Source of the DNA: Blastocatellia bacterium
Lineage (GTDB): Bacteria > Acidobacteriota > Blastocatellia > UBA7656
Length of the DNA stretch: 64,000 bases
Assembly (NCBI GenBank): GCA_963765495.1
Contig: CAVXWP010000016.1
Coordinates: 1 to 64,000 of the forward strand
Reading direction: 5' to 3'
The notes below the pieces were generated by a model. It was given only the letters and a program-made list of their open reading frames with translations, was not told where the DNA came from and made no database searches. Position 1 is the first letter of the stretch; the number at the start of each line of letters is the position of its first letter. Position numbers and translations under genes: made by a program. Positions 37,889 to 46,801 of this stretch are shown here, piece by piece.

Positions 37889-40057
37889 ATGAAAAGAACA
37901 GCCCCTCTTTTTGCTCTGCTGATTTTTCTATGTCAGACGATACCGGGGGCGGTCCGAATGGACGGCCCCTCCTCGCTTTATAACAAAACCGCTCTGCTCC
38001 CGGACAAAACGATAACGGCGCTTTCGGCTGAGATCAGCGGTCTGATAGCCAAAGACACCATCACGGAGCTTGCGCGTCAGCATCGCGTGCAGGCGTCTTC
38101 CGGGTTTTCGGAGGCAGCCCGCTATATCGCGTCGAAGGCGAAAGAGTACGGGCTTGAACAGGTAGAGATCGAGCACTTTCCGGCAGACGGCGAGAAGACC
38201 TACTACACTTTGAAATCGACGCCCGGCTGGGAAGTTGAACACGGCAGGCTCTGGGAAGTCGAGCCCGCTAAATCGAAAATCGCAGATTACGAAGAGATGC
38301 GCGTGGCGCTGGCGGATTATTCGCAGTCGGCTGATGTGACGGCCGAACTCGTGGATGTGGGCACGGGCACGTCTGAGAAGGATTACGAAGGCAAAGACGT
38401 AGAAGGCAGGATCGTGCTCGCGGGTGGAAACGTAGCGACGGTTCACAAGATGGCATGTGGCGAGCGCGGCGCACTGGGCATCGTCAGCTATCAGCAGAAT
38501 CAGGTGACTGGCTGGTCAGGCGATTATGTGGATAACGTGCGATGGGGGCATCTGTCTCCGTATGAGCCAAAGAATCGTTTCGCCTTTATGATCTCGCTCC
38601 GTCGCGCTCGCGAGCTTGAGGACCGGCTTCGACGCGGCGAGCAGATCAGGCTGCACGCCGATGTGAAAGCCGGTATGCGCCCGAGCAATTACGATGTGGT
38701 GAGCGCGATCATACCGGGCACCGACCTGGCCGCCGAAGAGATAGTCTTTTCCTGCCATCTGTGTCATCAAAAACCGGGCGCGAATGACAACGCCTCGGGC
38801 GCGGCAGCCATACTCGAAGCGGGGCGCGCGCTTGTATCTTTAATACGGCGCGGCGAAATCGAGCGCCCCCGCCGCACGATCAGGTTTATCTGGCCGCCTG
38901 AAATAAACGGGACCCTGGCCTACTTTGCGGAGCACCCGGAAACGGTTCGCCGCATGAAAGCCGTCATCCATTGCGATATGGTAGGCGGCAACTACTCGAT
39001 CACAAGATCGGTCCTGCACGTCACGCACACGCCCGCGTCGCTTCCGAGCGCGGTCAATGCCGTGGGCGATATCTTCGCAGAGTATGCGATAGCCGGGAGC
39101 ATGAAAGCGGCTTCGGGAGCCGGTTTCGAGGATGCGCTCGTTTCACCCGAAGGCAGCAAGGACAGCCTTGTTGCAGACATCACCCCTTTCGAGATGGGAT
39201 CGGATCACGACGTTTATGAAGAGGGGTCGTTTCGCATACCGGCCATCTATTTGCGAGACTGGCCCGACGTTTTTATCCACACAAACAACGACACGCCCGC
39301 AAACATAGACCCGACCAAGATGAAACGGTCTACGTTTATCGCCGCCGCTTCGGGTTATTTTCTCGCGCGGGCAAACCCCGATGAAGGAGCGCGGCTCGCC
39401 GATGTTGTATTCTCGCGGGCGCTTGCTCGCGTAGCGCGCGAACGCGACAGGGCAAAGGTTCTGGAATCTACAGGGACAGAAGGCGCTTACGAGGCTCGCA
39501 ATCTTATATCGTGGTCGCTTGACAGCGATGCCGATGTGCTCTCTTCGGTGCTTGCGCTTGCGCCCGGCGATAAGGAACTCGAGGCGAAGGTTGATAATCT
39601 GGTAGACCAGTTGAGCGGCACGTGGCTGTTTCTGACGGGCCAGTTTGAAGAGAGACGCAAGGGCAATCGAGTCACTTTTACGTTCGAGCCGAAAGAACCT
39701 GTCAGAAGAGATCAAAAGAGACCGCGCACGCCGAAAGAGGCTTCGCGCCCGCGCACGGTGACGGCTGATTACAACCGCGTGCCTGCGCGTAAAGTCACCG
39801 GCCCGATGAATGTTTATTACTACGATTACGTGGCCGAACGCGCAAGCCTTGCCGACAGACGCCCCGTTGAACAACTCGGAGCTCGCCCCCGAGGCGATGT
39901 GATTACTTACGAGATACTCAACCTTGTCGACGGCAAGCGCACCATCCGCGACATCCGCGATTTTATAGCCGCCGCCTACGAACCCGTTCCCATCGAAGAA
40001 GTCTCTGATTATCTGGGACTGCTTGAAAAGATCGGCGTCATCGAGATGGGGCAATAA
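37889..40057 (+). CDS. M28-family peptidase with PA domain
   Basis: Signal peptide, SCHLCH, GANDNASG, PPEING, HCDMVG, GSDH and HTNND; the real start is 37889. Confidence 0.88.
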   Translation: MKRTAPLFALLIFLCQTIPGAVRMDGPSSLYNKTALLPDKTITALSAEISGLIAKDTITELARQHRVQASSGFSEAARYIASKAKEYGLEQVEIEHFPADGEKTYYTLKSTPGWEVEHGRLWEVEPAKSKIADYEEMRVALADYSQSADVTAELVDVGTGTSEKDYEGKDVEGRIVLAGGNVATVHKMACGERGALGIVSYQQNQVTGWSGDYVDNVRWGHLSPYEPKNRFAFMISLRRARELEDRLRRGEQIRLHADVKAGMRPSNYDVVSAIIPGTDLAAEEIVFSCHLCHQKPGANDNASGAAAILEAGRALVSLIRRGEIERPRRTIRFIWPPEINGTLAYFAEHPETVRRMKAVIHCDMVGGNYSITRSVLHVTHTPASLPSAVNAVGDIFAEYAIAGSMKAASGAGFEDALVSPEGSKDSLVADITPFEMGSDHDVYEEGSFRIPAIYLRDWPDVFIHTNNDTPANIDPTKMKRSTFIAAASGYFLARANPDEGARLADVVFSRALARVARERDRAKVLESTGTEGAYEARNLISWSLDSDADVLSSVLALAPGDKELEAKVDNLVDQLSGTWLFLTGQFEERRKGNRVTFTFEPKEPVRRDQKRPRTPKEASRPRTVTADYNRVPARKVTGPMNVYYYDYVAERASLADRRPVEQLGARPRGDVITYEILNLVDGKRTIRDIRDFIAAAYEPVPIEEVSDYLGLLEKIGVIEMGQ

Positions 40058-40059
40058 CT

Positions 40060-40143
40060 GAATCGTGATGCGTGACTTTCAGGAAGGCTGCTGTTAAAGA
40101 TAAATTGCAAATCCGGTAAATCACGCATCACGCATCACGATTC
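40060..40143. repeat. inverted heptamer (TCACGCA) repeat pair 1
   Basis: CGTGATGCGTGA...TCACGCATCACGCATCACGA. Confidence 0.75.
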
Positions 40144-41502
40144 ACTTTCAATGATGCCTCGTTCGATCAGGTACTGAAGCGCCTGAATGATCCTCAAATC
40201 CGTAGCTGGATTTTTGCTCGCTCTCTTGAATTCGGAAACGACTTCGTGCGCCGGACGTGGCGCGACGCACAGATCGCACAAAAGCTTTAAATCCGACACA
40301 GGCAAATGCATCGAGAGCTTTTCTATTCGAGCGTCTGTCTCGGCAGATTGGAAATGTATCGCCTGCCTGGGGTCGAGAGTGATGCGCGAGTGACGGCGCT
40401 GCCAGAAGGGCGAAGCCTCCCACCTTCGTTCCCTGCCGTAATAATCCATCCTCGTAGCCAGATAATTTTCAAACTCCCCGGCAATGATCTCTTCGTATTT
40501 CTCAAGCCCCGCCCGCTCGCCTTTGAAATAATCACAGACGGCAAAAGAGGCAAGTATCCCCGAACGCAACGCCTTGAATATTCCCTGCGAAGAGAGAGGA
40601 TCGACAGTCGTCGCGGCATCGCCTGCGGCAAGCCATCCGCCGCCCGTCAGGCAATCGAGCCGGTGAGAATAAGCCGGATAGATGCGAGGCCGATATTCCG
40701 GTCTGCCGTGAACCGCGCGGGCTCTTGTGTGAGGGGAATTGTTCAGACATTCGAGCCAGCAAGACGCGGATTTCAAACCGTGTTTCCTGACTATATCGAC
40801 ATCGGTCATGCAGGCAAAGACCATCCTGTTTTCGGGAAGCAGGGCCGAATACCACCAGCCCTCTTCCCACGCTTCCACAAGCGTGTAGGTGTCTGTCGCC
40901 GAAGCGCCCGCGTCCATACGGAAGAAGACGAATACGCCGAGCAACTGATCGAAGAGCACCCGCCTCGCCCCCTGCCTTGTGGCGAACGCAACACGCCTGC
41001 CCGTAGCGTCTATTACGAAAGAGGCTTCCAGATTTATTCTCTGTTTGTCTGCGGTTTCAGCCGTGATTTGCCACAGCCCCCCATTGGTCTTATGCGAGCC
41101 CGTGACCAGAGCGCCGGTATACACCTTGGCTCCTCGGCTTTCGGCCTGGCGCGCAAGCATGGAATCGAACCGGGCGCGGTCCAGATGCCAGCCTCGTCCG
41201 TAGGGGTGGTAGATAAATTCGTTGTCTAGCAGTTCGTCGCTTCCCCACACCGAGCGCGTGCCGTAGGCCGCAATGTGCCTTTCATTCAAAAACTCATCCC
41301 AGATTCCCAGTTGTTCGAGGAGGGCCTGAGCGACGGGCGTAAGCGTTTCCCCTATGCGGAGGCGGTCGTAGTTTGAGGCTTCAATTATGGCGACTGATAA
41401 ACCCGGCGATTGCTTTCTCAAAGAGAGCGCCGCAGCCGTCCCGGCCGGACCTCCCCCGAGAATCACTACATCGTAACGCACTGCTCTTTCTTTATCGCTC
41501 AA
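40135..41502 (-). CDS. lodB: LodB/GoxB-like FAD-dependent oxidoreductase
   Basis: GGGPAG, IGETL, GWHLDRARFD, DATGR, GWWY and GDAA..DPLSSQGI; downstream of a lodA-like gene. Confidence 0.85.
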   Translation of the reverse strand: MSDKERAVRYDVVILGGGPAGTAAALSLRKQSPGLSVAIIEASNYDRLRIGETLTPVAQALLEQLGIWDEFLNERHIAAYGTRSVWGSDELLDNEFIYHPYGRGWHLDRARFDSMLARQAESRGAKVYTGALVTGSHKTNGGLWQITAETADKQRINLEASFVIDATGRRVAFATRQGARRVLFDQLLGVFVFFRMDAGASATDTYTLVEAWEEGWWYSALLPENRMVFACMTDVDIVRKHGLKSASCWLECLNNSPHTRARAVHGRPEYRPRIYPAYSHRLDCLTGGGWLAAGDAATTVDPLSSQGIFKALRSGILASFAVCDYFKGERAGLEKYEEIIAGEFENYLATRMDYYGRERRWEASPFWQRRHSRITLDPRQAIHFQSAETDARIEKLSMHLPVSDLKLLCDLCVAPRPAHEVVSEFKRASKNPATDLRIIQALQYLIERGIIESES

Positions 41503-41520
41503 TTGATCTTTTGATTGCCG

Positions 41521-41955
41521 CTATTGGGCGCTGCCCTGTCTGACGGCTATCCACGAAGCGACCACCCCGGCAGGCGAGACTCCGCCGCTGCCGCTCGAAT
41601 GCGGAATCGCGCGAACTATCGAGCCGACCATCGCCGGTATCTGGTTCACCCCGTTGGGCCACGGAAGCACTACATAGCCTACGTAGTCGTATATCCACTC
41701 TTCGCCGCCGACCAGCCCCTTACCCTGAAAACGTACGGTGAACGGGTCGCCGTAATTGATCGAGCCGTTGAGGTCGAGTTGCCATCCCGTACCGTAAATC
41801 AAGCCCTTGAACCGATTCATCGGCGCGGCATCAACCCTTATGTTGCCCAGTCCGAATTCGAGATCGTTGAAAGATGTCGAAGGGTCCGGGTCGTTCAGGA
41901 AACTGCGATAGGTCCACGTCCCGACCAGTATTCCATTATTTGGTTCGCTGCTCAT
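41521..41955 (-). CDS. 144-aa hypothetical beta-rich protein
   Basis: AAGGAG RBS; LVGTWTYRSF, WIYDYVG and GVVASWIAVR. Confidence 0.8.
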   Translation of the reverse strand: MSSEPNNGILVGTWTYRSFLNDPDPSTSFNDLEFGLGNIRVDAAPMNRFKGLIYGTGWQLDLNGSINYGDPFTVRFQGKGLVGGEEWIYDYVGYVVLPWPNGVNQIPAMVGSIVRAIPHSSGSGGVSPAGVVASWIAVRQGSAQ

Positions 41956-41989
41956 CTTCTCTCCTTCGCGTTAAAGCGAACTGTTTTTA

Positions 41990-42081
41990 ATGCGTGATCC
42001 ATGATGCGTGATGCGTGAGACTTGAAGTTTTCTGTTAAAAGGAATCCCTCCTTCAGGTCACGGATCACGCATCACGAATCA
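41990..42081. repeat. inverted heptamer repeat pair 2
   Basis: TGCGTGATCCATGATGCGTGATGCGTGA...TCACGGATCACGCATCACGAATCA. Confidence 0.75.
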
Positions 42082-42111
42082 TTGCCGATCTATCGCCATT
42101 GCCGACAATAT

Positions 42112-44232
42112 TCAAATATTCTCATCATTGCGCTCCACCTGAATAAAAGGCGGATAGCCGTTTTCGGCCGTGGCCTCGGGGTTGTCGCGTATAAAGCCGA
42201 GTTCTTTCCAGGCCGTGACCATCTTTTGATCCCCGGCGTGAGTCTGCGGGATTCCCTGCGACCACGAAACCTGACTGTATGACAGAGGCGCGCCGGGGGG
42301 TGTGGGAATCTGCTGATTGACCTCCATAGGCCGGTGCGCGGGCCACCAGAAGGTGGTTTGAAACACCTGCTGCACGGGATCGCCCGTCGTGTCGGGGTAA
42401 AGCTCGTTCCAGTCTTCGTAGGTGATATTTACGCTCTGGGTCGAGCACTCGTTGAAGTCGGATTGCCACGGCACGCCGCTGTATTTAGTGATGTCTCCCG
42501 GCTCAAGTCCCGTCGCCAGATCGCCGGTCAGGCTCAACGGGTTGGGCGTGGACGATTTCAACGTAGTCAATGAAAAATTGGGACTCTGTTTTATGCGATA
42601 GGCTTCGGAGTAAAGCGCCGGGTTTCGCATTATCCAGCAGGCTTCGCCTCCCGGACAAAAGGCCCCGCCAAGCAGGTTGCTCAAGACTCCCCGATCAAGG
42701 TCCGCGCCCGTCTTTGAGGACTCTTCGGGGTCGGTTGTCGGGATGTCTTCTTTCTTCTCGTTTATGAATTTACCTTCGGCCCACTGTTTCAGGATGAAGA
42801 GTTGCGTGTCGGTGAGTCGCAAAAATTTTGAAGGAACCGTATTTGAAAGCGGGTTGTCGCCGCATAGAAAGGGCATGCCTACGGGTTTGTAATTCGGGTT
42901 TTTCGGATCAGACGTAAAGTCCCAGAGGTTCTCCTGTCCGGGCTTGCGCAGAACGGCGTAAAGCTTTGCGCGCCACAGCAAACGCCTGCCTCTCTCTTCC
43001 GGGTTTTCTCCTTCAAAGGGCGGTATGGAAAGAAGCTCGGGGTCGAAATTGCCATGGAGCCCCGGCGTGGTGTCGTGCGGGTCGCCGCCCGTGAAGTAAT
43101 CGAAATCCATGACCCATTTATAGTTGTCGGGCCGGGTCAGGATCGGCCACACGTCGCGCCAGAAATACGGATAATAATCAGGATTCCACTCGGCCTGCGC
43201 CCGCCATAACGCGAGCGCGTCTGCATTCTCAGGGTCGGGCGGCGGCTGGCTCCCGTCAAAAGGAGGCACGCCGTACATGTAGGTGTTGTAGCCGAATTCT
43301 CTGACCGATAGATCATAAACAAGATCGTCCATCGTCACTATATCGACTATCTGAGGCGCGTAGCGCGGATAGCCTACGATGACCCAGGCCGGAACGTCCA
43401 CGTTTAAGTAGAGAGTCGGGGGCGTGGCCGGGTCGGGCGGGCGTCCATCTTCGCTGATGACTTTGTATTTGACGCGGGCCATCACGGGGCCGTCCGATAT
43501 GTCGTCGAACCACCCGTCGTTGTTGGCATATTGCTTGATGACCGGTTCTCCGAATCCCGTCTTGTAAGAACCGGAATTCCCATAGCCCCCGAGCACAAGC
43601 AGACGGTTATGGTGGTCCTGCTCGGTGACGAGCAATTCGCCCAGCGTGTCGATTGATAGCGGCGTAAGAGGCGGCGGGAATGATTGCGTGTAGCCGGGAT
43701 TTGACCCGCGCGCAAATTGAGCCGTGCGCTGTTTCTTGTTTGTATAGCTTACGGTTTGCGGGCCGGGGTCAATTATCAACTGTTGTCTTTCGTCGTTGCC
43801 TTCGACATCCGCATTGCGCAGAGGGTGATCGGGCGCGTAGCCGTGTTCGCCGTCGAGTTGCTTGAACTCGTACCAGCTTGATTTCTTGTTGGCCAGATAG
43901 ACGGTCCACTCAATGTCAACGACTTCGCCGACCATCTCCTGCCCCGTCTTCGGGCTTACGGTCGTGATCTTTTCGCCTATCTCGATCTCCTTCCCGCTGC
44001 CGTCGTCGTCATAGGCGTAAACGCGAAAGCGAGCGGCCTGTCTCATCACGCGCTGCTGGGAATCTTTGAAGCTCGACACGGGTTGTTCTTTCCCGTCGGG
44101 AGAGAGTACGGGGTTGCCCGCCTGATCGCAGGCGATCGGGAGATGGCCCGCTCGCTCCGGTGCTATATAAAAATCGGTAGTGCTGTTTCCAACGCGGGCG
44201 ATTCCAATCGCGGGATGAATCTTAAATCTCAT
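42112..44232 (-). CDS. lodA: LodA/GoxA-family CTQ-dependent amino acid oxidase
   Basis: IHPAIGIARVGNS, RQAARFR, LANKK, NNDGWFDDISDGPV, GGAFCPGGE, PWQSDFNEC (Asp/Cys) and WWPAHRP (Trp). Confidence 0.93.
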   Translation of the reverse strand: MRFKIHPAIGIARVGNSTTDFYIAPERAGHLPIACDQAGNPVLSPDGKEQPVSSFKDSQQRVMRQAARFRVYAYDDDGSGKEIEIGEKITTVSPKTGQEMVGEVVDIEWTVYLANKKSSWYEFKQLDGEHGYAPDHPLRNADVEGNDERQQLIIDPGPQTVSYTNKKQRTAQFARGSNPGYTQSFPPPLTPLSIDTLGELLVTEQDHHNRLLVLGGYGNSGSYKTGFGEPVIKQYANNDGWFDDISDGPVMARVKYKVISEDGRPPDPATPPTLYLNVDVPAWVIVGYPRYAPQIVDIVTMDDLVYDLSVREFGYNTYMYGVPPFDGSQPPPDPENADALALWRAQAEWNPDYYPYFWRDVWPILTRPDNYKWVMDFDYFTGGDPHDTTPGLHGNFDPELLSIPPFEGENPEERGRRLLWRAKLYAVLRKPGQENLWDFTSDPKNPNYKPVGMPFLCGDNPLSNTVPSKFLRLTDTQLFILKQWAEGKFINEKKEDIPTTDPEESSKTGADLDRGVLSNLLGGAFCPGGEACWIMRNPALYSEAYRIKQSPNFSLTTLKSSTPNPLSLTGDLATGLEPGDITKYSGVPWQSDFNECSTQSVNITYEDWNELYPDTTGDPVQQVFQTTFWWPAHRPMEVNQQIPTPPGAPLSYSQVSWSQGIPQTHAGDQKMVTAWKELGFIRDNPEATAENGYPPFIQVERNDENI

Positions 44233-44283
44233 TGCGTATCTCCTAAGTCAAACAATCCGTCAGTCCTTAAAAGGTGCGGGATA

Positions 44284-44342
44284 GCCACAGAGACACAAAG
44301 GCACAAAGAATAAAAATCTCTGTGTCTCTGCGCCTCTGTGGC
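44284..44342. repeat. palindromic octamer-type intergenic repeat
   Basis: GCCACAGAGACACAAAGGCACAAAG...CTCTGTGTCTCTGCGCCTCTGTGGC; related copy at 63474-63876. Confidence 0.75.
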
Positions 44343-44372
44343 CAAAATCTTCCTCAATCTGAAACTCATACG

Positions 44373-46478
44373 TCAGTCTTTGAAATTCAGCGAGACGCCG
44401 TCCAGCCACAGCGCATTCGGTTTCGGAGTGCCGTCTATGTCCATTACTACCAGATTGATCTGAAAATCGGTCTCGCCTTTTTTACTCAACCTCTCGATAG
44501 CCTCGGTCGCGTCAACACGGAAGTTGCCGGGGGTTTTGTGATGGCGCGATCTTAAATCAAACTTTCTGCGAGTCGGGGGCGGAACATCGCAGTGACCGGG
44601 ACCGCCTATGCACGCCTCGCCCGAAAAGGTCGCTATCTGCGCCACGAAATGATCGTTGCCGCGTGTGGGCGTATCTACGTTGGCATCGGGCTGATTGAGA
44701 AAGACGCGGATGAAAGCGCCGCCGCCCACCGAATACTGGACCTTGTGCAACCTTATGTCGGCGCATTTGTGGTTTGCCAGAACCGCCGGGTGAACTCCCG
44801 CCTTTGCCGATTTGAAGCGCGTGATCGGTATGGAACTGTCTGTCTCGAACAGATGAGAATTTTTCATGTATTCGTAACCGAGCGTTGCCGTGCTGTAGCT
44901 CTGCTTGACATCGAGCGTCCACGGCGCGAGGATATCGGTCGGGTCATCGGGGCTGCCGCCCGGATGCAGCGACTGCCATTCGGCCCACAGCCGATCTACG
45001 TTGCTGTGATGCCCCCAGAAGATCGGGTCTTTTGCCGTAGTCCCCGCAGACACCATATCTCCGTATTGCGGCTCGTTTGGATTCCCGCTCGCGTATTGAG
45101 GATTCGCGCCGCCCGAAAAGTTGTGGATAAGGTTATGGATGTTTTCGACCGCGCCAAAGAAATGATTTGTGGCCGGGCCGCTGCCAAAGGTGTAGAAGTT
45201 TTTTAACTGCAAAACGCGCTGAACGTCCTGCTCGGTAGGATAAGCCTCAAAGATCAGTGATTCGTTCCCGCCCGGCCATCGCCGTCTGTGCCAGAGCGGG
45301 TTGGCCGCCTGTAGCGCGGTCATGATCTCTTCGGTGGCCGGATCGTTATAATCTATCTTGGCCGCAGCCAGTAACCTGTTGCCCGAATTGTATGTCGTAT
45401 CCTTGATGTTTTTGAGCTTCATCCACGTGTCGGGCGAAATCTTCTCTTTCAACGCATCGAGCACATCCTGATTCACAAAACAACGATACGCCTTTGGAAT
45501 CACGCCGTTGTCGAGCGGCTTTGCCGACTTTTGATCCTGGATCGATTTCAGCACGTCCTGCCTGTACATAGGCCAGTCCCAGTAGGGGAGCGTCACCGTG
45601 GGGTCGATGTCTTGCAACTGCTGCTCGAAATAATAGAGGTAGACTCTGTGCCACGTGAGAAACTGTTCCCAGCCGTGCTGGCAGTTATTTGCGTGGATGT
45701 CGGCCCAGTATTCAAAGCTCCTGTCGTCATAGCGAAAGAACTTGTCATAGCAGTGCATGACCCTGACCGCGCGCCGGAACCGCGTAAGCTCATCTTCGGT
45801 CAGGCACTCGATGTTTTTGCGGAATTTTACTTTCCCGGATTCAGCGCGATACTCGTTGACCGAGCGCGTCGAAAGCGGGTGCTCTTCGTGCCCCTGCGCT
45901 CGCGCAATCTTTACTGGTTGCGTCACTTCAATCGTAGCCTTATGCTCATCGGTTGCGGGGCAGCCGTCATCAATCCAGTTCTGAATAAATAGAATATCCG
46001 AACTTGAAACCGCCTTTCCTCCCCACGGCAGCCGGGGGAATTGCGTGCCGTCGAAAGGAAATTGCCCTTTAAGCCCCTTTATCAACCCGGAGGCCGCGCC
46101 GCGTCCCGGCGAAGGCAAGACTTCGGGCGTGCCGCTCGCCTGCGGGCCGCAACAGGAATCCATTTGAACAGGGAGGCTTGAGGGTGGCGACGAAGGTTGT
46201 GGGGCGCTTTCAGATGCGGATTCGCAGCACGAGCCATGAGACGAAGCGGCAGGCAGCATATTCTGTTCGCAGAAATCCTGCGAGCCTTCCTCAGCTATCA
46301 TGCGAACGCCGTAAATGGTGACTTCCAGAAATTCTTCGAGCGGCAATTCCCAGAATCTCTCATACCCCTGATAACTGGGGCAGGCATCCCCGGCCGCCTC
46401 GTTTAGAATCTCTTTGACTCGCTCATAGCGCGTTTGCTTCTGTGGTCCTTCTTGCGTGTCTTGATTCTTATTGCCCAT
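44373..46478 (-). CDS. tyrosinase (type 3 copper) with long N-terminal extension and C-terminal shielding-type domain
   Basis: GAGGAGG RBS; CuA HANNCQH...FLTWHR; LPYWDW; CuB HNLIH...DPIFWGHHSNVD. Confidence 0.92.
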   Translation of the reverse strand: MGNKNQDTQEGPQKQTRYERVKEILNEAAGDACPSYQGYERFWELPLEEFLEVTIYGVRMIAEEGSQDFCEQNMLPAASSHGSCCESASESAPQPSSPPSSLPVQMDSCCGPQASGTPEVLPSPGRGAASGLIKGLKGQFPFDGTQFPRLPWGGKAVSSSDILFIQNWIDDGCPATDEHKATIEVTQPVKIARAQGHEEHPLSTRSVNEYRAESGKVKFRKNIECLTEDELTRFRRAVRVMHCYDKFFRYDDRSFEYWADIHANNCQHGWEQFLTWHRVYLYYFEQQLQDIDPTVTLPYWDWPMYRQDVLKSIQDQKSAKPLDNGVIPKAYRCFVNQDVLDALKEKISPDTWMKLKNIKDTTYNSGNRLLAAAKIDYNDPATEEIMTALQAANPLWHRRRWPGGNESLIFEAYPTEQDVQRVLQLKNFYTFGSGPATNHFFGAVENIHNLIHNFSGGANPQYASGNPNEPQYGDMVSAGTTAKDPIFWGHHSNVDRLWAEWQSLHPGGSPDDPTDILAPWTLDVKQSYSTATLGYEYMKNSHLFETDSSIPITRFKSAKAGVHPAVLANHKCADIRLHKVQYSVGGGAFIRVFLNQPDANVDTPTRGNDHFVAQIATFSGEACIGGPGHCDVPPPTRRKFDLRSRHHKTPGNFRVDATEAIERLSKKGETDFQINLVVMDIDGTPKPNALWLDGVSLNFKD

Positions 46479-46532
46479 AAGCCTACATCCTCCTCTCTGA
46501 AGACGCTCCAAGAGTGGATTTGTGAAAGGTCT

Positions 46533-46750
46533 TGCGTGATTCGTAATGCGTGATGCGTGATCAGAAAAATCTTTGCGTACTTTGCGACTTGGCGTCTTTG
46601 CGAGAAATAGATCAACGCTAAGGCGCAAAGCCGCTAAGTACGCAAAGGGCTTTCATAAGGCAATCAGTAGTTCCCTAAAATCTCGCGAGTCTATTTAAGA
46701 ACTGAATGCCACTGCCTGCCTTCGGGTCACGAATCACGCATCACGAATCA
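46533..46750. repeat. inverted heptamer pair 3 with a nested CTTTGCG palindromic element (46571-46647)
   Basis: TGCGTGA arms; inner CTTTGCGTACTTTGCG...AAGTACGCAAAG, with a second copy near 57993-58072. Confidence 0.7.
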
Positions 46751-46801
46751 GCCAATGATCGCTCTAATGCTATAATCAGTTTTCGACCTCTGGATTCTTA
46801 T

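Noticed and set aside
46479-46628. Upstream extension of the tyrosinase ORF
   Set aside because: Translates repeat DNA; a strong RBS precedes ATG 46478.
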